Shown: piece after piece, positions 1 through 13,930 of the stretch
Layout: the number at the start of each line of letters is the position of its first letter
Position numbering within the stretch: position 1 is the first letter of the stretch
Origin: Vicugna vicugna
Lineage: Eukaryota
Reading direction: 5' to 3'
Assembly (NCBI GenBank): GCA_013265495.1
Contig: MU058065.1
Coordinates: 2,829,003 to 2,893,002 of the forward strand
Length of the DNA: 64,000 nucleotides
The notes under the pieces: generated by a model
The model's input: only the letters and a program-made list of their open reading frames with translations
Told to the model about the DNA's origin: nothing
Database searches by the model: none
Translations under genes and position numbers: made by a program

Positions 1-996
1 GAAAGCCCTAGATGACATCTACTCCTGACAGAAGGCTGTATCATCTACATTACAAATCTCTTGTTTTGTGTAGCCACCTTCATGATTATCTTCTGGATAA
101 CTTGCTGCAGCATCTGCATCAGCACTTACTGCTTCATCTTGCACTTTTATGTCATAGAGATGACTTCTTTCCTTCAACTGTATAAGCCATCTTCTGCCAG
201 CTTCAAATTTTTCTTCTGCTAGATTTTCACCTCTCTTAGCCTTTATAGAACTGAAGAGTTAGAGCCTTGCTCTGGGTTAGGCTTTGATTTAAGGGCATGT
301 TGTGGCTCATTTAATCTATCCACTAAGTTTTTTTCTGTATCTGCAATAAGGCTGTTTTGCTTCCTTATCATTTGTGTGTTCACTGGATTAGCACTTTTAA
401 TTTCCTTCAAAAACTTTTTCCTTGCATTCAAAACTTGTCTAACTGTTTAGCATAAAAAATTTCAACCTATCTCAGCTTTCAACAGGCCTTCCTTACTAAG
501 CTTCATTATTTCTAGCTTTTGATTTACAATGAGAGACATGTGCTTTTCCTTCCACTTGCACACTTAGAGGCTAATATAGGGTTATTAATTGGCCTAATTT
601 CAATACTATGTCTCAGCGAATAGGGATCCCCAAGGAGATGGAGAGAAACAAGGGAGTGACCAGTTGGTGGAGCAGTCAGAACACACACAACATTTATTGA
701 CCAAATTCACCGTCTTATGTGGGCATGGTTCATGGCACCCCAAAACAATTACAATAGTAGCATCCAAAATCACTGATCACAGATAGACATAACACATATA
801 ATACTAATGAAAAAATTGCGAGAATTACCAAAATGTGATGTAGAGACCAGAAGTGAGCAAATGTTGTTGAAAAATGACACCAATGACTTGCTCAATGAAG
901 GATTGTCACAAAACTTAAATTTGTAAAAAAAAAAAAAAGAAAAACTCTCTATAACTGCAAAGCACAATGAAGTGCAATAAAATGAGATATGCTTGT
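1..996 (-). mobile_element. Tigger1 (TcMar-Tigger) DNA transposon, truncated by the window edge
   Basis: Minus-strand peptide [33 protein letters not shown] resembles the Tigger1 transposase. Degenerate TIR gagatatgcttg followed by TA at ~985-998. Confidence 0.85.
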
Positions 997-999
997 ATT

Positions 1000-3110
1000 G
1001 TAAAGATATCAATAACCACCAAACTGATGTATTAATTCAATGTAATGTCAATCAAATCTAAAAATTTATTTTTGAAATTTGACGTGATGTTAAAATATAT
1101 GTGACAATACAAAAAGCCAAAAATAGCCAAGACAATGGTTATAGATTAATGTGTAAATGCCAATTCTTTACTCTCTGTAGTGATATTATTTACCTACACT
1201 CTTCTGCTGACTTCACATGGACAGAATGTGCTTTCTGCACTCTTGGTTTTGATGCCTGGCTATGTAACTTGCATAAGACAATGAGATTTTATGAAGTATC
1301 ATACAAACAGAAGAATGAAATGAACTTCTGCATGTGAGTTTGATCTCTACTGCTTTGCCATTACCTTGAGAACACACTCTAGGTAGTTGCTACCCCTTAG
1401 GTCTGAGTTACAGAATGAGAACTATGGACCAGAGGCATCCTGGTCCACATACTTACCTGCAACCTGAAGGAAAGTCATCGTATTCAATCCACAGCCCCAA
1501 GAGCATGAGAATAAATGCTTATTGCTGAGTGGTTTGTTGTTCAGGGCTTTTGTGGAGATAGTTGATAAAAATAAACCAAAATAGATAAGTAAAGAAGAAC
1601 AAAACTAGAGGTCTTATGCTGCCAAACACCAAAACCTAATAAGATCCATAGTAATTAACACAGGGTTTGGTACAAAGATAAACAAACTGATCAATGAAAC
1701 AAAGTATTTTAGAGAAAGACCCATATATAAATAATCAACTAATTTGTTACAAAGATGGCACTGAAGTGCTTGGGAAAAGATAGCCTTTTCTGTAAATTGG
1801 ACATCCGTAAGGAAAATAACAGATCTTGATTTCTAGTTCAAACCATACACAGAATAGGTTTCAAGTGGATTTAATATCTAAATGTGAAAGAAAAAGCAAA
1901 TATTTTGAATAAAAACATAAGAAAATATAAATTTTGGTAACAAATATTTCTTAAATAAGACACATACATCTCTATGGAAAAAAAATTGATAAGTTGGACT
2001 GCATTAAAAGCAAGAACTTGTGTTTATCAAAAATCTAAAGGCAAGCAACATGGGAGAATATATTTGCAATGCATATATCTGACAAAGGCTGTTATCCAGA
2101 TTATATAAAGAACTAAAAATCAGTAAGAAAAAAGACATCCAATATAAAATGAATTTAGGGTTCAAACAGTCACTTCAAAAAGAAATACACAAATCACCAG
2201 TAAATACTATATGAGAATATACTTAATTTCTTTAATCACCTTGAGAAAGAAAATTTTAAACCAGGATGCAACCCATTCAGAAGAATGGTTAAAATGTAAA
2301 AGGCAAAGAGCCAAGGGTGTGCTGGAGCTGGACATCTGCATTTCTTTCCAACTCCGCATTTAACGATAACATGTTGGAAGCTTGAAATCAGCTACAGTGG
2401 AAGTATTTACACCACAAACATTGGCAAATACTACAAATCAGGGTTTTCTTCTCTCCCTAGATAGCTGATTTATCAGCACACCATAGCAAAAATATAGAAT
2501 GATTCAAACTTCCATATAATGCTACTATAAATGTAAATTAATAACTGTTTTTGGAAAACTGGCAACATTTCTCATAGACATGTGTAATTCCACTCCTATG
2601 TGAATGTGTGTATGCGTGTGTGTGTATACAATTAGCTTTGATATTGAAGATCTGACTAGAAGGGGCATGTTGGGGGATTCTGGAGTGCTAGCAATGCGTT
2701 TTTCTTGATCTGCATTCTGATTACTTAGATGAATTCACTTAGTAAATATTCAGCAATCTACACACTTATTTGTGTACTTCACTGCATGTTATAATTCAGT
2801 TAGAAAGTTGACTATAAAAAAGAAGCCAGACACTAAATAATAACTATTCTGCGATTCCCTCTATTTAAAGTCCACAGCCCAAAAAAACCCCAAAAAGCAA
2901 AAAATCAATCTATGGTGGGTGAAGTCAGAATGGTGTTGATTTCATAGGGAGTACTGACTGGAAGTTGGAAGAAGGGGGCTTCTGAGTGCTGGAAATGACA
3001 TACATCTTGACAGTAGTAGTTACATGGGTGGGTACATTTGTGAAAAATTACTATGTTGTAAATTTAGGATTGTGCACACCACTGTTCCAAGTTGTAATTC
3101 AATAAAAGAA
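1000..3110 (+). mobile_element. Old L1M ORF2/3' fragments interrupted by an MLT1-like LTR (~1140-1565) and a short MER-type element (~2315-2485)
   Basis: Degenerate L1 ORF2 motifs (tggtacaaagataaacaaactgatcaatg; catatatctgacaaagg). MLT-like end gagaataaatgcttattg. Confidence 0.7.
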
Positions 3111-4499
3111 GTTGAGTTACTGTGGTGAATAAGGCTAATCAATCTCATTTATCTTATTGCAAAGACATTGCTTACTACTTGGCATATTCTTCCCACTCAA
3201 GACTTAAACTTCTGGTTCATTTCATTGCTTACTGACTGGGACTCAAAGATGATGAAAATTCAATGAAAAAAAAAATGGAATCTGTTTACAGATAAAAAAA
3301 CAATGAGTGAGAGTTTACTGACTGCTTATTCAATAAATATAGGCACTAAATAAATATAGCAATTAAACAAAACTCTTGGAGTCATCCTAACATCATTTAA
3401 AGGGCCTCAAAGAGTTTACAATGTAGTTGTAAAAATGATATACTAAAATATATAAAACATTTACAAAACAATGTAAGAGTAAATTAACACAGTTCCATGA
3501 AACTACCTTTTTCTGAGGTACAGCCAACTCTAAAATATGATTTTCAGCCGTAGAAGAACTTATATCTCTCTCACTTCTCCTACTTTCATTTTTACTAATT
3601 CTACCCTCTTTGATGAACGTTTAAAGGTACCTGTATTAAACATGTTAAAATTCTATTTTTAGAGTGACTTTTCAATCACGTGATTTAAATGTCTTTTTAT
3701 GTTAAAAAAATCTTTAAAAGACTGAGTTAAAGCTATCATAAAACCTGTAAAGCAAAGCTCTTAATCATTAAGCTGAGAAGGAGCTGGGTTTTATTGCTCA
3801 TAAAAAGCTAAGGAAAAGAAAGAAGGAGCCAAGTCATTCCTCTTAAAATGAGAAAGCATTTAGAAGTGGAAAAGTAGGATAATAGGAACCAGAGGGGATT
3901 AAGAGAGTTGCATGGATAAAATCACTTATGTCTAGTATGGCTACAAATCCTGGTTGCCTGACACAGCCTTGGTTAACTCTTGTTGTCCCAAAGTCCTGTG
4001 ATGTTTAGCATTTGTCCCTGGTGTTTTTTGTTCTATTGCAGTAAGTAAAATGAGTTTCAAGTTTTGAGGTTGAACTAGAGTTCAAAATAGAACTCTACTT
4101 TGAAATTGTAACTTCTTTCAGGGTCTTACCCAGAAGTGCATTAGCAACAAATGTGCAGTGAGAAAGATGCTCACTTGAACATGTGGTTAAATCTGAAAGA
4201 CAACCAGTGGTAACCCATATCTCTCCTCACCCTACCCAGACACAATATGACTAACACCTCCCACTCAAGGACACTCATTGGTGCAATGAGGCTGGGTCAG
4301 ACAACATAGACTGGAGACAGATGATGGTGGGAGAAGTATTGGATGCTGCTTCCTCTGTCAGTTGGTTATACTGAGGTCTATTCTGTAGCCTGTGAAATGC
4401 AGAAAATTACCAGGTTACCAGTTGGTGGAGTCAGAGGGCAATGTAGGAAATTATAGCTTAAATGAATGCAAAATAATTATCGGAAATAGAGACTGAGCA

Positions 4500-7128
4500 G
4501 TTCTGGGGCAACTGGGACTCCCCCTGGGGATGGAGACACTGGCAATAGCCATTTTTGGAAGGTCATTCTACTGCAATACCATCAGCAATAGCAAGCACCA
4601 TTTTGAAATTCTCCCTCTAGCCTATTAGCACAAAAGGCTTACTTGCTCACCAGTGGGCAAGGACTAGCCCAATTGCCACCCACTTCCACTAAACAGAGAT
4701 CCATATGGAGATCTGACCCCACCCACCAGCAGGATAGAACCAGCCCTATGCCCCTCTGAGCCATGCAGACAAATACGTGGGAAGCCTAATCCACATTCCA
4801 GTGGGCCCACAGTCACTACATGAGTCACAACCTCACAAAGAGCTGGGCCATAAACCAGCCCCACTACAGCAGAAGGGCATACACAGCCCACCTAGGGGAC
4901 ACCCCTAGAGCATACAGCTCTGGTAATCAGAGGAGAACATGCTGCTGAGCCCCATAAAGTATCTGTGTAAGTCCACTTCTGCAAGATTGGGAAACATAAC
5001 CAAACTACCTAACCTATAAAAATAAATCCAGAGAATTGGAAAAAATAAGGAGACAGAGGAATGTGCTCCAAATGAAAGAACAATATAAAACCCCAGAAAA
5101 ACTAAGCAAAATGGAGATAAGCCTACCCAATAACCCACCCAATAAAAAGTTCAAGGTAATGATTGTAACGATGCTCACCTAACTCAGGAGAAGAATGAAT
5201 GAACACAGTAAGATGCTTAACAAAGAGTTAGAAAATACAGGGAAGAACCAAACAGAGATGAAGAATACAGTAACTGAAATTTTTAAAATACACTAGAAAG
5301 AATCAACAGTAGATTAGATGATATAGAGGAATGGATCAGTAAACTGGAAGACAGAGTAATGGAAATCACTGAGGCTGAGCAGAAAAAAGAAAAAAAATGA
5401 GGACAGTTTAAGAGACCTCTGAAACATCAAGTGTACCAACATTCAAAATTTAGGGTCCCAGAAGGAGAAAAGAAAGGAGCAGATAATTTATTTGAAGAAA
5501 TAATAGCTGAAAACTTGCCTAATCTAGAGAAGGAAAGAGACATCCAAGTCCAGGAATCTCAGAGATTCCCAAACAAGATGAACTCAAAAAGGTCCCCTCA
5601 AGACACATTATAATTTTTAAAAATAATGGAAATTTAAAATAGAGAATCTTAAAAGCAGCAAAAGAAAAGCAACTAGGTATGCATGAGGGAAATGCCATAA
5701 GATTCTGAGCTGACTCTTCAACAGAAACTGCAGGCCAGAAGGGAGTAAAACAATATATTCAAAATGATGAAAGGAAAAACCCACAACCAAGAATACGCTA
5801 CCTGGCAAGGATATTATTCAGATTTAAAGGGGTGATAGAGTTTTAAAAACAAACAAAAGCAAAAATGGTTCAGCACCACTAAACTGGTTTTACAAGCAAG
5901 GTTAAAGGGACTTCTCTAAGTGGCAAAGAAAAGCTATGACTAGAAATATGAAAATTATGAAAGAAAAACTCACTGATAAAGACAAGCATATAGTAAATAT
6001 AGTAAATCAACCACTTATAAAATTAATAAGTAGGTTAAAATGCAAAAATGATAAAATTGTCTTTATCCAACTATCCATAAGTAGTTGAGGATACATAAAA
6101 CAAAAAAGATGTAAAATATGATGTCAAAAACATTAAACTTAGGAGTAGGAAGTGAAAATGCAAGGTTGTTAGAATGAGTTTCAACTTAAGAGATCAGCAA
6201 CTTAAAATTATATATATATATATATATTATATAAATATTATACACATATGTATTATATGTAATTTTTTATATATCCTCATGGTAATCACAAACCAAAAAT
6301 CTGTAATACAGACACCCCTCAAAAAGAAAAAAGAATTCAAATATAACACTAAAGATGGTCACCAAATCACAAGACCAGAGACAAAAGAAGAAGAAAGGAA
6401 CAGAAAAGAACACAAAAACAACTTAAAAATAAGAAGATGACACATTTTATGAAGCCAGCATCACCCTGATATCAAAACCAGATAAAGGCACCACAAAAAA
6501 AGAAAACTACAGGCCAATAGCACTGATGAAAATAGATGCAAAATCCTCTACAAAATGTTAGCAATCTGAATTCAATAATACATTAAAAAGATCACGCACC
6601 ATGATCAAGTGGGGTTTATCCCAGGAATGCAAGGATGGTTCAATATCCAGAAATCAATCAATATGATACATCATATTAACAAATTGAACAATGATGATCA
6701 TATTATCATCTCAATAGTTGTAAAAGGAAAAAAAGCTTTTACAAAATTCTACACCCATTTATGATAAAAACTCTCAACAAAGTGTGTATAAAGGGAAAAT
6801 AGCTCAACATAATAGGGTCATATATGACAAATCCACAGCCAGCATCATACTCAATAGTGAAAAGCTGAAAACATTTCCTCTAAGATTAGGAATAAGACAA
6901 GGATTCTCACTCTTGCAACTTTTATTCAAAATGGTATTGAAAGTCTAAGCCACAGCAATCAGACAAGAAAAAGAATTAAAAGTAATCCAAATTTGAAAGA
7001 AAGAGGTAAAACTATCAACATTTGCAGATATCATGATACTATATAAAGAAAATCCTAAAAATGCTATCAAAAAATTATCAAGACTAATAAATGAATTCAG
7101 TAAATTTGCAGAATACAAAATTAATACT
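4500..7128 (+). mobile_element. L1 LINE fragment: 5'UTR, ORF1 and part of ORF2 (RT) with an internal deletion near 6435
   Basis: ORF1 peptide VPEGEKKG..LFEEIIAENLPNLEKE. RT-region motifs ttttatgaagccagcatcaccctgat, caccatgatcaagtgggg, tttgcagatatcatgatactata. Confidence 0.9.
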
Positions 7129-9324
7129 ACATTGTCTCCTAATAGTCTCTATAATGCGGTACTTGAAATTATTCAGTACCTGCCTTTCACTAGGCTACTA
7201 TGGAGAATCACTAGCCAACTTTAATGAATAAATTACTGTTGCAGTTTACTACGTAGAGTTGCTCATATGAGAAGCATTTGATAGCAAATGTAGTTATGAG
7301 TTTCATTTTTTTTGACCATGGCTCATATTTCATTACATAACAGACCAAAGATTTAAAAAACAATAATTTTTTGTATAGAGTTGAAGGCCATTACTTGCTG
7401 CAAAGCCATAAAGAGCCTAATTTGGTTAAGCTATAAATGATAGAGTTTTCTAAGCAAAATTTAGGAGTTTGAGAGGGAAAGAGAAGGTAGTTGACCACAG
7501 AATCCATTAGAATAAAAATAACTAACAGACATGGAGTATTTACTCTGTGATCTACTCTTTATAAGCAGTATGTTATTTTATTCTTGCCATAACACTGTGA
7601 GATAGGAAACATTATTAATCCCATTTGAGTCATGAGGAAAACTGAGGCTCAAACAATTAAGTACCAGGAGACATTATAGCTGTAAGTGGCAAAGCTTAAA
7701 TTTCAATTCCTACAGCCATCCTGTGGACCTTGGACTGTAATTACTACTGGCATGTGTCCATAAAACAAAGCTGGTCAAACTAGACATGACCTCTGAGTAG
7801 GAGAATATTTTTTTTTTGCGCTAGATAGTCAATTTTCATTATATTTATGTGCCATTATTTAAAAAGAAATTTACAAAACAAGACATCTTGAGGTTATAAA
7901 CTCTTTAGTCAACTGGATTTCTACCATCTTGCTTCTAAACAGTGCTATTCCTCACTTTCACTACATCACTCTGCCCCATCTGGTGGTGGCATACGTACAC
8001 AGCAGGGGAGAAAAAGTTTCCTAAAACTTGTGAAATACCTTTGTTATTAATTAGAACACTAAGGACTTCCCACAGTCTAAAATATCATAAAAGATTTTAA
8101 GAAACTGAAAAGTTTATTAAAAATAAATAAATACAGCCTATTTCACTTTAGTAAAAGTAAGTATATCAAATTAAATTGTATTACATCTAAAGAGAACATT
8201 GTTAAGAAAATGTGCAAAAATATACATTTAAATCACTGCAAAGATTATTCATAACATTATTTCCAATTCTAATCATTAAACATAAATTCTTCACAGAGAA
8301 TCAAGATTCAAGTATAAAACTGAGTTAGCCATTTTGATGCTAATATTGTACACAAAAGAAAATAAAAGAGAAAACAAAGAAACAAACTGTGGTAAAATTA
8401 AAATGCCCAATTTGAAAAATATTTTATTTTATATGAATGCAGATAGGGAAAGAAATATCTCAGCTCTCATATAATTAATTATCTCTAAATGGCCAAAGGA
8501 ACGACCTCTAGGTAAATTAGTCCAAGGCAATTACTGTTCATTTAGGGTTATCTCAGTTAATTGCCAAAAAACAGGCAGAAGTATGGTAGGATTCTGTGGC
8601 CTATGAAACCCTTTCAAAACTATAGATGCCTTGTTGCTAGGGCCAGAATAAGAATAAGATGCATTAGGACTACACACAAAGATTAGAATCAGCAGCCTGC
8701 AAATCAGGACAAAAGTAGGCTGGGAGTTGGAAGTTCCTTCTGATGATGGAAGGAACCATGAAAGATTTGTAAATACGCTAGAAGATCAAATATGAGGGTT
8801 TCTGAAAATGAAGTATAGCAACTGAATCAGACTGCAAGGTGTGTATAATAGAAAACAGAAAAGAATAGAGTTAAGAAGAATGTATGTCCCTCTCACCCCA
8901 CCCACTATAAGCAGGTATTTAGCATCTCTTCTAACAAATGCCCCATATTCTCTCTTACTTTTGGTTTTCTCTAATATGTCTTCTTCTCTTTTCATCTCCA
9001 GAGTTTTGTGTATATTGTCCATGTTCCTGAAACTGCTGCTCCTAACTTCTACCTACTAAATGTAACTCATTCTTCAGTTTAAGCTTAGCTATTTCCCCAC
9101 ATAAGCTTCCTTAACTAGACAAGATGGAGCAAGACAGTTTGGCCATGGGCTTTCCTAGCATCTGTACACACCTTATCAGAATATAACTAGACCACATGGT
9201 AATGTTTTGTTTACCTGAAAGTATCTTTGGCTAGGCCAAGGGTTTCCTGAAAGTAGAGCATGCAATATGTTCATGAGTAATCAGAGCACCAAGCATGGCA
9301 TTTCATATAAAATAGTACATAATC

Positions 9325-9540
9325 ACACTTAATATTTACTGAACACCTACTATGTGTCAAGCACTGTTCTGTGCACTTTACAAACATTCAAAGAATTAAG
9401 TTTCACAAAATTATTGTGATGTTATTACCTCCAAAGACACAGAGGGCTTTAGCAAGTGACCCCAGGACCCACATAGGTGAAAGTGGCAGATTTGGGATTG
9501 AGTCTATAGTCTTTGCCATTGCAGTTACTACCTGTCCCAC
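9325..9540 (-). mobile_element. MIR SINE
   Basis: atttactgaacacctactatgtgtcaagcactgttct ... aagtggcagatttgggattgagtc. Confidence 0.65.
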
Positions 9541-12449
9541 TGTGACTGTGCATTTATTCAGATCAACGTCATCATCTAGGAACGATGATTGCCGCAATTT
9601 CTCTTCATGAAAGAGAAAAATTCCCAGGATAATAACTGTCTTTAAGGACACTGGAGAATTTTTTAGAATAAAGTATAATGCAACCTCAGGAATATGCCTG
9701 GGATAATTTAAAGCCATATATTTTACTCTTGTAGTTGCCAAATGAAACTATTTGAGTGGGAGTGGAAGAAGAAAGTGACGGTAGAATCATAGCTACACAT
9801 CTAAGAAGGATTTGGGGATCAAATGTGGCGTCTGTTTACCTATGAGATCCTGGAATTCCCTCTGCAATGAATACGCCTTTAGAGTTATCCGGGGCCAGGG
9901 CACTTGCCATCTAGGCTTCTTTCTTAGTTTAATTGTTCGAGGTCTTGGTAGAAATGTCTTGCCTTTATTGAATTGAAATGTCTTTGTGTTCGTCTTATGT
10001 ATTTCTTCTGGAAGTGAACAGAGCAAACCACAACTATCTTCTACACAACTGCTCTTCCAATGTTTGAATGTACTTGTGATGGCCATTTCTGTATCATCTC
10101 TCCAAGCTGAACATTCTCAATTTCTTCAACTGCTTCTCATTTAATTTGGTTGCCGGGCCTCTCATCATTCTTATTGCTCTACCCTTCACATAGCTATTGA
10201 GAGTTGAATTAACATGAAAGGTAATTGACCAAGGAGAAGCCAGGTCCCAGTAATTCATCTAAAACCTCTTGATCTCTAGTTTCCCTTTCACTGAAGTAAG
10301 AGGGACTAAGGACTGCTAAGATGAAGTCATAATGAAAGGAAAATCCACATCATTTCTGTGTGTGTTCACAGTGAAATTACCCAGAACTTTCTGTATTTGA
10401 GGATTGCCTTGAGCTCAGTGATAGCAAACCCATCATACATAGTCATCAACAAGGATTTAGGAAAATTTTTAAATGTATTCTATGACATGAAAAAGTATTC
10501 ATAACAATATTTTTAAAAGATGCAAAATTATAGATAATGGATGAAAGTTATATATGTGTATGTTTCAGTATAGAAAAATATTTTTTAAAAATCTTATAGA
10601 AGGATATTATGGCCTATTTTTTCATAATTTTCTGTATTTTTTTCTAAGAAGTCCTCTAGGGTGACCACATATTGCTCCTACTATCAACTTGAGAAAACAA
10701 TTTTCAAAATACTTAAATGTTATTACCTGAATTATAAGATAATTTTAATAAAGTTGACTATAAAGCAGAGATAATTAAAAGTGAGATGCATGTACGTGTA
10801 TGCATATGTATGTGTGTGAGAGAGAGAGAGACAGAATCAGAGATGGCAATTTAGACAGGCAAGGTTTTTCACTGGAGAAGTGAAGAATTTTAAAACAATG
10901 AAAGACAGTCAATACATAGAAGACTTAAAACTTAGTTGAAAAATATAAAAAAATGTCTACAACTGAAATTAATTTCATAGACAGTAAGTGCTAGAAAAGA
11001 ACTCTGAGGAAGGAGAAATAATTGAAGGCTGGTGGGACTCTCAAAGATGGGTTGATCTAGTTTTTAAAAGACAGGTAGGATGAGGTCAGAGAAAATGAAA
11101 GGATAAAATAAAGGCATGAAGGTGGAAATGCACGTGGCAGGTTCAGGGGACAATGAGAAATCAGATTGATGCAACAGTGAGTCTAGGGAAAGAAATGGTA
11201 TTAGGACACTATTGGACAAGGAGACTAGGGCTAGGCCTGCTATTCAAGGCCAAGAAGTTTAAGTTTTATCAATAGGGTAGAGGGAAAACTATAGGGCTTG
11301 AGAGATCTTAAAGATTTAGAACCTTGTCTAGTGGGAGAAAGAATAAAATAATCAGATGTTTTATAAAAAATAATTTGATGTATCTGTCAAATGGGGAAAA
11401 TCTGGAGTCATGGAACCCAGTCAAGGGAGCACAACATTCAAGCTCATGGTGATAAGCACGTTTTAACGTAGGATATAGTCATGAAAATGAATTGGTGAAT
11501 GAGTAACAGCTTGAGGAAGAAAATGGTATAGAATATTCTGGGTGATAAAAACAGATTCAAGAAGAAAATATTTTTTTAATGAGCCCACAGTTTAGAATCT
11601 GCAGGGCTGAGAGATTAAGAATGCTACTGAGGAAAAAAAAAAAGACAGACAGAAAAGAAAACTGATGGAGGAGAATAAAAGAAAGTTTATTTCCAGATAC
11701 ATTTAATGACAAAGCCCTCAAATGAAAATGCCCACCTGACACAGGGCTGTGAGAACAGACGTCAGGAGAGGCTGAGATTAGAGATGTCGTTCTTGAGAGC
11801 AGAAGGAACAGATGCTGTGGAGAGCTGGGGGAGAAGGTCAGCCTCTGAGTAAGGGGGAAACCCTAAAACAACCAAGAGGAGAAATTACAACAGTGGAACG
11901 TGCTGAGAAATCAAGGCAGATGATCCTGAGTTGAGCCATCAATAGGTCATGGCTAGGCTTTGCAAAGACAGCTTTAGTAGGAGGTGTAAATATCAGACCA
12001 TAGCAGGGAGGAGTGGGGGAATGAAGGGAGGGAAGAAGGGAGCTGACATCTCCTCTGGCTCCCAACCTTGTAAAAAATTTTAATGTCATTGAAGTAAAAG
12101 AAACAGAGCAAAGATCAGACCTGCTACATTTTAACTGGGTCAACTTAATTACTAACAAAAATTTTAAAAGCAAATTAAAAGCTGCATAGTAGTGAAGTTG
12201 AGTCACAGTGGAGAATCCTAGAGAGATGGACAGGATTTTAGGTTAACTGATTATTTTTAGATAAAACATATAAGAGTTGATTCAAATAGTCATCTGTGAA
12301 TCAAAATAAATTTTAATTCATTTGAAAGTAAAATTTAATTACTGATAAAATCCCAAACAGATTATAAAGAAACATACAGACAACACATCCTATTTTTTGT
12401 AGTGTATTAAAACTATTAACAAGTAAGTCTCATGGTACAGTCTGAGCTG

Positions 12450-13930
12450 CCCTTTCACTCAATGAATAATTACTGAGAGCTTGCTATGTGTCAGGCCCTG
12501 GGGATATAATACTGAACTACTGAATAAAACAGCTCTTATTCTAGTAAGATTTAGACTCAAGACAGGGGTGGGGGCAGTGATGGACAGACAAAAAACAACT
12601 GACATACCAGGTCATTGTCACTGCTATGAAAAAGACTGACTTAAGGAGACAGAGTGATGGGGCTATTTTTACGTGGGAGTCAGAGAAAGCCTCAGGTGGC
12701 ATTTGAGCAGAGACATGAAGAGAGTGAAGAGATGGGTAAACCATGCAAAATATTCCAGGCAGAAGGCACAGCTGGCGCAAAAGCCCTAAGATGACAAACA
12801 AAGAAGCCAGTGTAGCTGGAGCTGACCATGTGTGCTGGAGTCAGGCCAGATGTAGGGAAAGAGGAGCGGTAGAGAATGAGCTGAGTGCCACTGGCAGGCA
12901 GCAGATCATGGAGAAGTTGGCAGAATCTTTGGCTTTAACTCTCAGTGAGATAGACATCCCTCCCATAAAGGATTTTGAGCAGAGCAGTGGCTTGACTTAG
13001 GTTTAGAAGAATCATCCTGGCTGCTATATGAAGAATCCACTAATTGTAAGGGAGGAGCAAATATGGGGTGGGGAAGACCATTTCGGAGGCTAATGCTAAA
13101 ATCTGGGCAAAGGATGAAGGTGTCCTGGTCCAGAGCTATAGTAATGGTGGTGGTGAGAAGTAGTTGGATTCCAGCCAAATTTGGAAGGTAAAACCAAGAG
13201 GATTAGCTAATAAATTGGATTTTAAATCTGAGATAAGTGGAGCAGTCACGGATGCCTTCAACATTTTGGGAATGGAGTTGCCATTGACTTGAATTTGGAA
13301 GACTGAGGGAAAACAGATTTTTGAAGGGATGGTATATTAATTTTCTGTACCTACCATAACAAATTATCACAAACCAGCTGGCTTTAAAACATCAGAAACT
13401 TACTTTTTCACAGTTTTAGAGCACAAAGGTCTGAAATCAAAGTGTTGGTAGGGCCACATTCCTTCCAAAGCCTCCAGAGGAGAACTTTCTTTGCTTCTTC
13501 CAGCTCTTGATGGTGCCTAATGGGCCCTGACTTGTGGCAGCATAACTTTGATACGTTCTCTCATCTTCACATGGCCTTTTTCCTCGGGTCTCTGCATTCT
13601 TCTCTTCTGTCTCTATAAGGACATTTACCATTGGATGCAGGGCCCATCTTAATCCAGGATGATCTCATTTGAAGTCTGTGCCTTAAATACATTTTTCAAA
13701 GTCCTTTTTTCCAAATGAGGTCACTTTCTGAGGTTCTGGATAGATGTAACTTTAGGGGGACACCATTAAACTTGTACAGGTGGGAAATAAAGAGTCCTAC
13801 TTGGACATACAACATTTAAGATACCTTTTAGATATCCCGGTAGAAATGACAAGTGGGCTGTTGAATTTAATGTCCAGTTCAAGAGAAAGTTCTAGAATGG
13901 GGAAAAAAATTAGAAGTCACCAGTGTTTAA
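12450..13930 (-). mobile_element. L2 LINE interrupted by an MLT1A-like LTR (13331-13779)
   Basis: L2 motifs (ctttaactctcagtgagat, ggattttgagcagag, gagttgccattgact). LTR motifs ccataacaaattatcacaaacc..gctttaaaac and aatccaggatgatctcattt. Confidence 0.8.
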